Shown here one piece after another: positions 27,605-40,650 of a DNA stretch of 64,000 bases. Numbering within the stretch: the first letter of the stretch is position 1; each line of letters opens with the position of its first letter. Under the pieces are notes generated by a model. That model was not told the DNA's origin. It did not search any database and saw nothing but the letters and a program-made list of their open reading frames with translations. The position numbers and the translations under genes are program-made. Origin of the DNA: Octopus vulgaris (lineage: Eukaryota); the NCBI GenBank assembly GCA_951406725.2, contig OX597821.1, forward strand, positions 110,050,001 to 110,114,000, read 5' to 3'.

Positions 27605-29390
27605 GTATTTCTTTATTACCCACAAGGGGCGAACATAGAGGGGACAATACAATCGGGGAACTTAAAATAAGAAAGCGAATGACAAGAAAAGGAAAAAATA
27701 AAAGTAAAAAATGACATATGAAAGAATATTTACAATGAGATGTAAATGCCCACTCGATCCCCGGAATCGAGAGGTTACATTTTCGTCACATATATTTCAC
27801 AAAATTTTCTTTTTTCTCTTTTTTTTTTTTTCCTTCTCACAATTCTATACGTATTCTATCATAGTTTCCACTTCTCTGAAGTCTATCACTGAGCCCTCAG
27901 GCAGCCGCTCTCTCATTCGAACCTTCGTGTAAAATATTACACTCTCTCCGGCAGCTCTGAGGAACTCAGCGACTCTTTCTTCGGGGATTAGAGCAGTCTC
28001 CTGCCACCGATCGGTCATCCTGTTGACCCATATATGTCCCTCCGTTTTACATGTCAAGTCTTTCATTTCAGGGCAGAAATGGAAGGTTACTAACTTGTAG
28101 TAATAGTAATCTTGTTTCCGTCCTACGTTTTCTCTCGTTTTTCTTTTCGGGCTTATTTCTTCCTTGTTCTCCTCTCTTTGTTTCTCTCTTTCTCTCTTTT
28201 TGCCTTCTTTTCTTTCTCCTTCCTTCTCTTGTCTTTTTGGTTCTTTCTCTGTTCTCTCTTTCTCTCGTGTTTTATGTTCCTTTTCTTTTTCCTTTTGTGT
28301 GCCGTCTTTTCTTTTCGTTTGATTCTGATCCCTCTCTTGTTTTTTTCCTATTGTTTCTTTTTCCTTTTTTTTCCTGACTCTGTTTTGGTTCTATTTCTTT
28401 CTTTTCTTTTATTTCTTTTTCCTTCATTGACTTATTATTTCCTTTCTCTTGTTGTTTTGTTTCCTTTTCTATGTTTTCTTTCTCATTTACAGTATTCTTC
28501 TTTTCTTCAAGTTCCTGCTCGCACTCCGCTACGAATTCGTATAACGGGCACTCTTTTTTAATGTGCCCCCTTGTTCCACACAAGTAACAGTTTGGTTTTC
28601 TCCCCTCTACAATTACGCTGAGGGTTTTTTCCTCTTCAATTTCAATTCTGTATGGAAAACTTTCAATATCCTCTTTTGTGGCCATCAACCACAATTCTAC
28701 CCCATATCCTCTCCAGTTTACCGCGTTGGACTCCTTAATAGATTCCACCTCCACTTCCTCTTCTGCTGCTCCTAGAATAGCTGTTCTGTTTTCACTTCTG
28801 GGGGTATATTCGGGATTTTAACCCGGACCCCTCTTCTTCCCTTGTATGAGGGCCACATTGTGAATTTTTCGGCTCTTAGTACGGTGGTAGCCAGTGAGGT
28901 CGCAATTTCTTCCGTTGCACATCTCACCTCCACCGTACCAAATTTCTTGCCTCTACTCACGTAGGTTATTTTTCCCATTATGTCTCCCAGACATTTTTCA
29001 ATTTCGACTATCTCCACTCTTGCCAGTTTCTTCGTATTTTTGTCTTGGGTTCTGTATGTCACTGTCTTGCTTTCTTTATCCTCTTTTGCTTTCGCGGGGG
29101 GGATTAGCTTCACGCTATCACCCTCCCTTTTGAAGAGCTTTTCATATTCTTTGAGTTTATCCTTCTCAAAGAAAACCTCCTTTATGATTATCGACGAATC
29201 GTTATTTTTCCCGGTGACCCCCGCGTAAGTCGCCATGACTAGAGGGTCAATTCACTTTCTTCGGAAGGTTTCCACACGTGGAGGCAAACGCTTCGCGCGA
29301 TATCAAATCAATTTACACAGAAAAAATTTCACCGCCTAGTCACAGATAACAACACGCATAGATTTCCGACACGTGTTCCTACCGAACTCA
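27605..29390 (-). mobile_element. ORF1-only non-LTR retroelement 1
   Basis: TSD AACGTCCTATCG (27593-27604) / AACCTCCTATCG (29391-29402). Gag-like ORF, AATAAA near the 3' end, no RT or endonuclease. Confidence 0.75.
27845..29236 (-). pseudogene. Gag-like/ORF1p nucleic-acid-binding protein with CCHC zinc knuckle, frameshifted
   Basis: ORFs 28772-29236, 28272-28754 (CYLCGTRGHIKKEC followed by a K/E-rich tract) and a probable C-terminal piece at 27845-28066. Confidence 0.75.
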
Positions 29391-29571
29391 AACCTCCTAT
29401 CGAGTTCACAATTTTTTTTTCAAGAGGATTGCGACGTTTAAATAAGAAATGGAAATCATTTAGTTAATCATGCAATTTTGGGAATATTCCATTTTTTACT
29501 GATATATACTACAATAACAAAGAAATTATTTAAAATTTTAGATTTATGCATAAGTATTCTTATGGTTCCAA

Positions 29572-29920
29572 AACGCATGGTCCTCAGTTCAGTCCCACTG
29601 TGTGGTAACTTGGCATGTGTCTTCTACTATAGCCTGAGACCAACCAAAGCCTTGTCAGTGGATTTTGTAGACAGAAACTGAAAGAAATCAATCGTATATA
29701 TATGTATGTATGTATGTAAGTCTGTGTATGTGTCTTTGTGTTTCTCCCTCATCACTGCTTCACAACTGGTGTTCGTTTATTTACATCCCCATAACATACT
29801 GGTTTCACAAGAAGAAACTGATAGAATAAGTACCAGGCTTATCAAAATTTTAAAAAGCTCTACGCAGTGTCTCACATTTTTGTTTGCCCACTCAGTTGTA
29901 TCTATCAATTTATCTTTGTG
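29572..29920 (+). mobile_element. Diverged SINE family A copy and flank; its 3' ~260 bp is duplicated downstream
   Basis: GTTCAGTCCCACTG B box. 29659-29920 resembles 29988-30059 joined to 32845-33040. Confidence 0.65.
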
Positions 29921-29944
29921 TGTGTGTGTGTACATATATATATG

Positions 29945-29991
<47 letters not shown>

Positions 29992-30061
29992 ATTTCGTGG
30001 ACAGGAACTGAAACAAATCAATCGTATATATATGCATGTATATATGTAAGCGTATGTGTTT

Positions 30062-32767
30062 TAGTATTGGCAACATGAATGACAATAGCCAGAGACTACT
30101 TGAATTTTGCACATACCATAACCTGTGTATCACCAACACATTCTTTCCCAACAAGACATCCCACAAGGCATCTTGGAGACATCCAAGATCTCACCACTGG
30201 CATCAGTTGGATCTCATCATTACACGAAGATCCTTTCTGAATTCTGTTCAACTGACCCGTAGCGCGGATTGTGAGACAGATCATTCACTAATAAGAAGGG
30301 TGAGGATTCTGCCTAAAAAGTCCATCACTCCAAGAAAATTAGCCAACCACGCATTAACACTGCCAGAACCTCGAACCCTATACTGCGACAATGTTTTGCT
30401 GTTTTTATCAAGGTTGCCCTCAGTAGCTGCCCAACATCTTCTGCTGAAAGTAGGTGGAATTATATCAGGGAAGCTTTGTATACCACATCAATAGATACTT
30501 TCGGAATGAGAGAAAGGTAAAACCCAGATTTTGTTCAGTGCTGGGCTCTCAGAGCTGGAACCAGTTATCGAAGCAAAGCGTACAGCTCTGATGCAATACA
30601 AGAGTGGTTCTTCTACAAAGTCACACGAAGAACTCAGAAAGGCAAGAAATAAAACCCAACTGACTGCCAGACGCTATGCAAATGGGTATTGAAAGGAAAT
30701 CTGTCAGAGTATCCAGTCAGCTGCTGACAGTGGCGACACCCGTAGGATGTATGCCGGTTTGAAGAAGGCCCTCGGTCCATCCGCAAATACCTCAGCCCCT
30801 CTGAAATCAACTACTGGAAATCTCATCAGGGACCAAAGCAAGCAAATGGATAGATGGATGGAGTACTACCAGGATCTCTACTCACGAGAGACCACGGTAG
30901 CTGAGGCTGCAATCGAGGGTGTCAAGATCTTGCCAGTCATGTGTGAACTTGACAGTCTGCCATCTATAGCAGAGCTCACCAAATCTATTGACTCCCTAGC
31001 AAGTAACAAGGCTCCGGGAAAGACGGCATCCCCTTAGAGATCATCAAAACCGGCAAAAACACCATCCTGCTTCGGCACATTCATGAGCTTCTGTGTCAGT
31101 GCAAGTAAGAGGGTACAGTCCCTCAGAATATGCGGGATGCTAACATCATTACGCTTTACAAAAATAAAAGTGACCGTGATGATTGTAACAATTACCGTGG
31201 AATATCTCTTCTAAGCACAGTTGGAAAGGCCTCTGCTTGCATTATCCTGTCCAGGCTGCAACTAATTGCTTCTCGAATTTATCCAGAATCGCAGTGTGGC
31301 TTTAGAAGCAGATCAACTATTGACATGATATTCTCCATACGCCAACTTCAGAAGTCCAGAGAGCAGAACATGCCATTATATATGGCCTTCATTGATCTGA
31401 CAAAGGGCTTTGACTTGGTAAGTAGAAAAGGCCTCTTCATCCTGCTCCAAAAAATCGGATGTCCACCAAAGCTGCTGAGGATCATCAAATCATTCCATGC
31501 TAATATGCAAGGCACCATACAGCACAATGGTTCAACATCAGCCGCCTTCCAAATAAAAAATGGGGTAGAGCAAGGTTGTGTCCTTGCTCCTACATTATTT
31601 GGCATCTTCTTCTCGCTGCTGCTGTCACATGCCTTTGAGACATCAGATGATGGAGTGTTTCTGCACAGTAGAAGTGATGGGAAACTGTTCAATCTCTCGC
31701 GTCTGCGTGCCAAGACCAAAATTTCAGAAGCATCCTGATCAAGGAGATGCTATTTGCTGATGATGCCGCTCTGGTATCACACACAGAAGAAGCCCTACGA
31801 AGGCACAGCAACTGTTTTGAGCAAGCATTTGGCAACTTTGGCTTAGTTATCAGCCTCAAGACCCCAACATCATGGGTCAGGCTACATCGGACATCCCAAA
31901 CATACATATTGGAGACCACAGAGTATAGGAGGTGGAGAAGTTTATCTATATTGGCTCTACCGTCACCTACAACCTATCCCTTGATGCTGAGCTCAATATA
32001 CGCATTGGCAAGGCAGCTGCTGTGATAGCCCAACTCACCAAACGCGCATGGGACAACAATAAGCTGACCAAGACCACAAAAATGAAGATTTACCAGGCAT
32101 GTGTACTTAGCACTCTACTGTATGACTTTGACGCCATACACACGCCATACGACGCCATACGTCGCCTAAATATCTTTCACCTGCGCTGTCTCCGGAAAAT
32201 CCATCGCATCAAATGGCAGAATCATGTCCCTAACAAAGATGTCCTCAAGCAAGCAGGAATACCAAGCATGTTTGCACTCTTCACACAAAGACGTATGAGA
32301 TGGCTTGGACATGTTAGCCGTATGGAAGATGGCGGAATCCCCAAGGACATACTCAATGGAGAGCTTGCTAGGGGCACTAGGTCTGTGGGAAGACCGTTCT
32401 TACGATACAAGGATGTTTGCAAAAGGGACATGAATGCGTGCAACATCAATATTACCAACTCGGAAGCAGTTGCCAGCAACCGTGGAGATTGGCGACGTAC
32501 CGTGAAAGAGGGAACACAAAGGAGTGACATAGTGAGAAAGGAGAAATGGAAAGACAAGAAAAGACGTCAACAAGAAACTATGACATTACAACCAGTCAGG
32601 CAAAGTCTTCGCTACATTTACGGCACCTGCCAGAGGGAGTGTTTGTCCCGGATAGGACTACACAGCCACAGCAAGAGATGTATTAGGACATGAAATGTAA
32701 AAGCCGGACAAGATTATTTTATGCGCAACTCCATTGTCTCCCGAGACAAAAAGGATGCCAACAACAA
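30062..32767 (+). mobile_element. RTE-clade LINE, 5'-truncated and frameshifted
   Basis: NYRGISLLS, PESQCGFR, AFIDLTKGFD, GVEQGCVLAPTLF, LFADD, C-terminal CxRxCxSRIGLHSH, tail GATGCCAACAACAA. Confidence 0.95.
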
Positions 32768-33081
32768 TATATATGGATTTCGTAGACAGGAACTGTAACA
32801 AATAAATCGTATATATATGTATGTATATATGTAAGTGTATGTGTGTGTGTCTTTGTCTCTGTGTTTCGCCCTCATCACTGCTTCACAACTGCTGTTCACT
32901 TATTTACATCCACATAACTTACTGGTTTCACAAGAACAAACTAATAGAGTAAGTACTAGGCTTATCAACATAAAAAAGCACTAGGCTGTGTCTCATATTT
33001 TTGTTTGCTCACTCAGTTGTATCTATCAATTTATCTTTGTATGTGTGCATGTGTGTGTGTATCTATCTATCTATCTATCTA

Positions 33082-33134
<53 letters not shown>

Positions 33135-34423
33135 CCCTAATGGGAGCCTTAAATCCCAAATTTTAGTAATTTCTTTTATGATCCAAAACTTGGTGAAAAG
33201 TACTGAATGGATCTTTATGAAATTTGGAAATTATATTCTATGCATAAGGGCCATAACACCCATGACAATTCATATATTTTTGCTGTTGATGAAATTTTAA
33301 CCATAGACATTAGACACAAATGAAGTAATATCTATAAAATTTCATCTTACAAAGTTAGAAAGACCCCTCCATGGGGACTTAACAACTACAATTTTGTCAT
33401 TTTATCTAAGCAAAAATGAATACAGTTGTGCTCTTGGAAGCTGTAGGGTTACCCGAGCATAAAAGATGAGCATTATTTGTAATTCAATGGTACAACAGTG
33501 TAACAGTTTGCTTTGACATACACACTGCATAAATTGTCAAGTAAATGAGATGCATCTTTGCCTCCACTGATTCAGTTGCAAAGTGTAGAGTAAAATTTAT
33601 TTGATTGCAGACCTCCTTTCAGTCTTTTTATTATCACTCGGTCACACATAGTCCCCAGATGGTAACATTGATTTCAAGGCCTTCCCAGATGAGTGACTGG
33701 TTATTCGAAGACATTTATAGATTTTAAATTTATTCTGTCCAGTTACGTATCAGTATAGTGGTCATTTGCAAACTACAGAGGTGACACTTTCATTTCTCCT
33801 TAGCTCTCACGTCAAACAGTTGTTAATGTTGATTTCAGTTGGGTCACGCCCTTCCAATTGCTATAGATTTGTAATGCATCTTACGGCTGTGCCTGTCACC
33901 TGGATGGTGAAGAATCCTACATTAGGAGTGGTAACGACTAGGGTAGGGTAACTGACTGCTTATTGTGATCATTCGTCTTTTGGTTTCCTGTAGCTTTGCT
34001 CTCTTTTACAAACCCAATGAACATATATTTCCTATTTCAAAGAAATTCAAACAATAGATATAAGACCCAAGTTAAAAAGATTTTCAACAATTCAACTTCT
34101 CTGGTTGACATTAAGATGCCCACCCCCAACAGGGGCCTTAACTCTCACATTTTAGAGCTCCATGACCTTCATTTTTCAGGAACAAAATCTTTTTAACAAG
34201 TTAAATAAGACTGGAATTTTGGAATATGCGCATAAAAATCAGGATTATGGGATACATGTGGCACGATTACAATTTTTTAGGGTGTGTAAAGATTGAAATA
34301 ACCCTCATCTGCAATTTTGATGAAATTCGAAACATAGATATTCCAGTTCATAACAGAAGATATAACAGAAAAGTCTAATTCTCCAATTGAATGTAATCGG
34401 GTAACGCCGGGTATCGCTGCTAG
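33082..34423 (+). mobile_element. Non-autonomous Helitron-like element
   Basis: TC(TA)n-AAACACCC start; 3' end CGGGTAACGCCGGGTATCGCTGCTAG|T, similar to 13722-13750. Confidence 0.65.
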
Positions 34424-34488
34424 TTATATATAAATATAAAAAAGTAAAAGATATGCAATAAATATAAATATGTATATAAAAGTAAAAA

Positions 34489-34549
<61 letters not shown>

Positions 34550-34844
34550 TTCTTTTCTTTCTTTTATTCTTTTACTTGTTTCGACCCGAACACTTCTTTA
34601 AAGTAATTCTATATATTTTGCAAGAAAGAACAATAATATTATGTATATACTTGCCACCATCGGGGGGACAAACACAAACACACACACAGTTTCCGTCTAC
34701 CAAATTCACTCACAAGGCTTTGGTTGGCCTGAGGCTCTAGTAGAAGACCAAGGCGTCGCGTAATGGGGCTGAACCCAGAACCATGTAGTTGGTAAGCAGG
34801 CTACTTACCACACAGCCACTCATGCATATGTATGTGTGTGTGTA

Positions 34845-34886
<42 letters not shown>

Positions 34887-35162
34887 TGTGTGTGTGTGTT
34901 TGTGTGTGTCTGTGTGTAGTTTGACAAGTGTCAATGAACGAAACTCTCGCCCCCGAGTCACTCTGTTGCTTCTGCTAAATATTGATAAACACATATATGA
35001 CAAGCTTTTTCAGATTCCGTCAACCAAATCTACTCACAAGGGTTTAGTCGACCCAGGGCTATAGTAGAAACACCCGCTCAAAGTGCCACGCAGCTGGACT
35101 GAACCCGGAACAGCTTACAACACAGTCACGCCTGCTTCTATTCACATATATACATGATATAT

Positions 35163-35386
35163 ATTTCTTTTGCTACCCACAAGGGGCTAAACATAGAGGG
35201 GACAAACAAGGACAGACAAACGGATTAAGTCGATTATATCGACCCAGTGCGAAACTGGTACTTTATTTATCGACCCCGAGAGGATGAAAGGCAAAGTCGA
35301 CCTCGGCGGAATTTGAACTCAGAACGTAGACGAAATACTGCTAAGCATTTCGCCCGGCGTGCTAACGCTTCTGCCAGCTCGCCGCC
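35163..35386 (-). mobile_element. SINE family B
   Basis: Reverse complement of the 6102-6330 sequence. Confidence 0.85.
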
Positions 35387-36067
35387 TCTTGCATATAAAT
35401 CTATGTGCGTATATAGACACAGTTATACATACACATACCTAGTCATGGATGGCTACACACACGTACACATACACATGCAAGTAGTCACACGAGTGTACAC
35501 ACAACCACACACATACGCACGCACACACACACACACACACACGCATACACACTCGCACGCACGCACATAATCTCCTTTCCTCTCACCCTTATTCTTCTAA
35601 GCAAACACACATCTACACACACATAGAAAGGCATGCATGCACGCAGACATAAGATTAATTCGCGGCCAAATTTCAGGGCAGACGTTGAAGAGAAAGGACA
35701 AGCTATTGAAAAGGTCGCGAAAAATAGCGACGAACGGACTTTCACGAAGAAATAAAACTTTGATTGTTTAACCAAACAAACGATCGATTACGAAGTTGGT
35801 CAGATGTGTAACCATATCGTTATTGGCATAATGACCCTCCCAAGAATCAACAAGATGTATGTGTGTATACGTGTGTGAGTGTGTGTGCGTATGTGTATAT
35901 ATGTATGTGTGTGTGTGTATGTATGTGTGTGTGTGTGGCAAAAACAGACCGATAGAATAAGTACTAGGCTTACAAAGAATAATCCCTAGAGTCGATTTGC
36001 TCGACTAAAGGCAGTGCTCCAGCATGGCCAAAGTCAAATGACTGTAACATATAAAAGAATAAAAGAG

Positions 36068-36098
<31 letters not shown>

Positions 36099-36209
36099 AA
36101 TCCAAACGGGAAACAAAAAAACAACAACAATGGAACAATTACAGTATTATTATTAATAGGCGCTCGGGAAATGGAAGCAGGGAGGTATATATATATATAT
36201 ATATATATA

Positions 36210-36605
36210 CTAGCAGTGTCGCCCGGCGTTGCTTGGGTTTGTAAGGGAAATAACTGTATAAGCATTTTTAGAGATGTAAAGTATAATAGCCATCTCAATA
36301 TGGCTAACCACAAAGGGTGAGTGTTACTGTAGCTTTTTACATTCTGAGATTTAATAATACATTTTTAGAGAGTTACTTCCCTTATATAAACCGAACGAAA
36401 ATGCATTAAAAATGCGGAAAAAATTATGGTAATTTTTTTTTAAATCGTAAACTCATCGTAGACGTGCGCTAATACCAGAAGGGCTCGATATGAATCACGA
36501 CTATAAGATACCTGCTTTTGGTTACACTGCACCGCAAAATGAGGGAGTAGTTAGGAATCTAAATCGTAGGAGACAGACACACAACTTCACTTTTATATAT
36601 AAAGA
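36210..36605 (-). mobile_element. Short non-autonomous Helitron
   Basis: Minus strand A|TCTTTATATATAAAA...CCCAAGCAACGCCGGG...CTAG|T, inserted in (TA)n. Confidence 0.8.
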
Positions 36606-36779
36606 TATATATATATATATATACACACATACACATATATATACAGTATATATATATATATACATATATATATACAGTGTATATATATATATATATATAT
36701 AAAATTTGAGGGAATATTATACATAACTTACAGGGAAAAATTCAATTTAGAAATACTAATTCAAATTTCACGAAATATA

Positions 36780-36810
<31 letters not shown>

Positions 36811-37513
36811 ATTAGAAAAAACCACCTTTTATCAATTCAAAATGAACAATTAAATTACATATAATAGAAAATTACATATAATAGAAATATTAAATATAAA
36901 ATAATAATATACCGATGATTAAGTAATGTGCAAAATATAAATAAATCGTATATATCACGAATTGATAAAAGGTGTTTTTTTTTCTAATTTATATATATAT
37001 ATACAGTCTTTTCTGTTGCTTGACCATTAATACCTGCTATATATCTCTCTCTTGCTGCCTTCGAAACACACTGCCACACATACATAGACGCACACACACA
37101 TACATGAAAGCAATTTCTCACACTCAAACACTCTAGCACTCATTCTTAAAATAATTCAAATATAAACACCAGTCATACAGAATACATTCACACTCTTTGA
37201 TTTTCCTGTACCCCCCTTCTCCTAACCGGATTCTGACCTTGAACTATCTTAACGGACATTCTCGTCTGCTTTCACCCAGCCTGGCGTCAACGCATATAGA
37301 TAGACAGTTTGTGCCATTTATTCCATGGGCTCCTCGTGAGCGTTTGTGAAAAGCTTGCTGTGCATTTTGTTGGAGAATTAAGTTCCTGGATTTTCCTGAA
37401 GAGAAGGCTGCAAAATGGACTCCTTATTCAATCCGAATTAGGGACTTTGCAGCCTTTGAAACATATGTAGAAAATAATAAAAAGGAATTTTGTTAAATCT
37501 TCGTTTCTTCCTA

Positions 37514-37585
<72 letters not shown>

Positions 37586-37788
37586 GTGAGTGAGAACACT
37601 TTGAGATATTTTTGGTATCTAACATATGTCAGATACTGCGAGCGCTGCTTTTGATTGGTCAATCCATGGTGATGACCCGACGTCACGGTGACGGCACTAC
37701 TTTTGTCATTCATAAGTTACAACTAAACGTGAAGAATTTAGTTATTGGGTTAATAAAATATGGTCGTTTATTCGTGTGTAATAAATAA

Positions 37789-37889
37789 AATACCAAACTC
37801 ATTCCCTATGGATACCGTATTTATTACAACTCGTTTACAAGTCACTCGTTGTAATAAATACGGTATCCATAGGGAACTCGTTTGGTATT
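37789..37889. repeat. Inverted repeat (29-bp perfect inner arm plus 10-bp outer arm), MITE-like
   Basis: TTCCCTATGGATACCGTATTTATTACAAC / GTTGTAATAAATACGGTATCCATAGGGAA. Confidence 0.85.
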
Positions 37890-38142
37890 CTCTATATATA
37901 TTCAGTCAAACTAATGCACCTGCTTGTTATTCCTGCACCTGTCTTCGTCTTTTGTTGTTTTCTGTAAATATCCTTTGATATATGTGTGCTGCAAGATTCT
38001 TGATGTGAAACCGTGCGTTGAAACAGATATTGTTGTATTTCGAGATAGTTATTTTTTCCCTCTTTTTGCCAAATAAACAGGCGCACTATATAATTCCCTT
38101 TTCACTCATTTATTACTGTTCTTATTCTAATTTATGTTTATC

Positions 38143-38185
38143 GTCCGGAAATCTTTCGTCACACCTCTGTGAACTCTTCAGCGAC
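38143..38185 (-). ncRNA. Minimal type I hammerhead motif
   Basis: Minus strand: gtcg-CTGAAGA-gttcac-agaggt-gtgac-GAAA-gat-TTC-cggac. Confidence 0.6.
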
Positions 38186-38411
38186 ACTTTCTGTCTTCGT
38201 GTGTACTCTTGCTCCGCTTTTATACATATACACACATACGCGAGTAAATATACGGGTAAAACCCTTGTGGTATGCTATATAAAGCTCGTATAAAGTCTTA
38301 CTCAAAGAAGGTGCATTTCACACCTTGAATTGGTGATAATGATTACACAACATCTCACCAATGAAGAAGTGTAAAAATGTTTCGAAACAATTGTAATGTT
38401 TATAGATAATG

Positions 38412-38470
<59 letters not shown>

Positions 38471-39070
38471 GTATGTATGTATGTATGTATGTATGTATGT
38501 ATGTGTGTATGTATATACTTACATATATATATGTATATACATATGCATATATGGGTTCAGGACGTCACAGAAGGTAAACAACAGGAAATACGAAATACGA
38601 AAATATGGAATACGAACTTTTTTGCGAACAGCGAAAGAAACAATAGTATCGATAATGCCCGAAATTGCGTTTGACTCCTCTTGCTGATAACTGATGAAGA
38701 ATTTGTGACCTTGTGTGTTTTCTGTTCGCCTGTGCATTTAGTATGTGTTCGTTTGTTTATTTACAATACGTTTATTTTTAATTATATATATATAGATATG
38801 TCATATTTTCCGTTTGTTGTCTTTTTATTTAATCCTTAAGATATTATTTATGTAACGCAGGCACTCATTAATCTTTTACCTATATATATATGTGTGTGCG
38901 TGTGGTGTGTAGTTCAAATTTACAGAAAACAAACGACGAAGACAGGTGAAAGAACAACAAGCAGAGTTTGAAGGTTTTTTAGTTATAGAAATCGACCCCA
39001 GGACTTACTCTTTGGAACCCTAGCATTTATTCTATCGGTTTCTTTTTCCAAAACGCTAAGCTACGGGGAC

Positions 39071-39147
<77 letters not shown>

Positions 39148-39618
39148 CGTAGGAGTGACTGTGTGACAAGAAGTTTGCTGCCTGGTCACTAGGTCAAATA
39201 GATTTGGACGATGGAAACTGAAAAAAGCCCGTCGTATATACGTGTTTGTGGGCCGGAGGGGGCTAGCTTCGTGCTTGTCCCAGACAACCGCTTGTTGACT
39301 TCCTTTCCATCCCCGCAACTTAGAAGTTCGACGAAATTAACCGATAGAATATGTCGAATGACTGAGACAAGTAAATGTTTTTTTTAGATATATCGTAGTA
39401 ATATCTAATGTAGTTGTGGTTTACGACCAGTCAGGACGTTACCATTGGTTTCACACTTTTTATACTCTTAGCAATATAGACGTCTCCCACGGCTAAGAAC
39501 GTAAAAGGCGCGAAAGCAATGGTGACTCCCTGACAGGCCATACCAGCCACATAGTTTCGGGTTCATTCACACTGTGTGGCACCTTAGAGCCTAGGGTTGG
39601 ATTAAAAATTCTACCAGG

Positions 39619-39663
39619 ACACCTGATGAAGGCTGGAGAGTAAATCAGCCGAAATTTTGTGGT
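39619..39663 (+). ncRNA. Degenerate hammerhead motif
   Basis: acac-CTGATGA-a-ggctg-gagagtaaat-cagcc-GAAA-tttt-gtgg; stem III is eroded. Confidence 0.5.
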
Positions 39664-40254
39664 AGCAACAAACAAGATGAGGACAAATATCCGTCCAATG
39701 TAAAAAATGTAAATATTGTACAGAATTCCTCATCTCTAAAATATAGAACAATTTATGATTGTTTCAAAAATTCCATGTTGACTTAATCTTGCATCGTGTT
39801 TTTAAACGACTCCACAATTAATGATGTAGTCATATCCGTTGTACAGATACCCCGTTCATAGAAATGATCCCTCGCAACTCACTACAAAAAATAATATGCT
39901 GAAGTGTTTGTCTATCGCTTAAATATAGGACATTAATCAATGTTTATAGTGGACGGCACAGCGGTCACGTTTATAAACATGATTGAAGATAAGTCAAAAT
40001 GAATTTGTAGAAATAATTGTAAACTATGAAACAAAAATAATAACGCAAACTCCACTTTTCAGTGCTTATTACTTCTGTAACCCCTCAGAGGAAACATGAC
40101 TCCTCCTTCACTCCTCTCCACCCTTCATTTATGGTTTGAGAATAATTCTATAATTGTTGTAAACTGGAATGGAACTTACTCTCTTTCTGCTCACATCCAT
40201 TCACCATTTAATGCTACTTGCTTTGCATCTTTTAGAGAGATAGATTAGATATAA

Positions 40255-40650
40255 CTAGCAGTATCGCCCGGCGTTGCTCGGGTTTGTAAGGGAAATAACT
40301 ATATAAGCATTTTTAGAGAGTTATAGCCAAAACATAGCAAAAAAAATGCATTAAAAATGGAAAAAAATGATGGTAAATTTTTTTTTTAATCGTTGACTCA
40401 TCGTAGACATTTTTAGAGAGTTAATTCCCTTATATAATATCGAAAAAATGCATTAAAATGGTAAACAATTATGGTAAATTTTTTTAAATCGTAGACTCAT
40501 CGTAGACGCGCGCTAATACCCAGAAGGGCTCGATATGAATCACGACTATAAGATACCCGGTTTTGGTTAAACTGCACCGCAAAATGTGGGAGTAGTTAGG
40601 AATCTAAATCGTAGGAGACAGACACACAACCTCTCTTTTATATATAAAGA
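40255..40650 (-). mobile_element. Short non-autonomous Helitron
   Basis: A|TCTTTATATATAAAAG...CCCGAGCAACGCCGGGCGATACTGCTAG|T on the minus strand. Confidence 0.85.

Noticed and set aside
30062-32767. Active RT partner for the ORF1-only elements
   Set aside because: It is truncated and frameshifted, and its 3' tail (GATGCCAACAACAA) differs from theirs.
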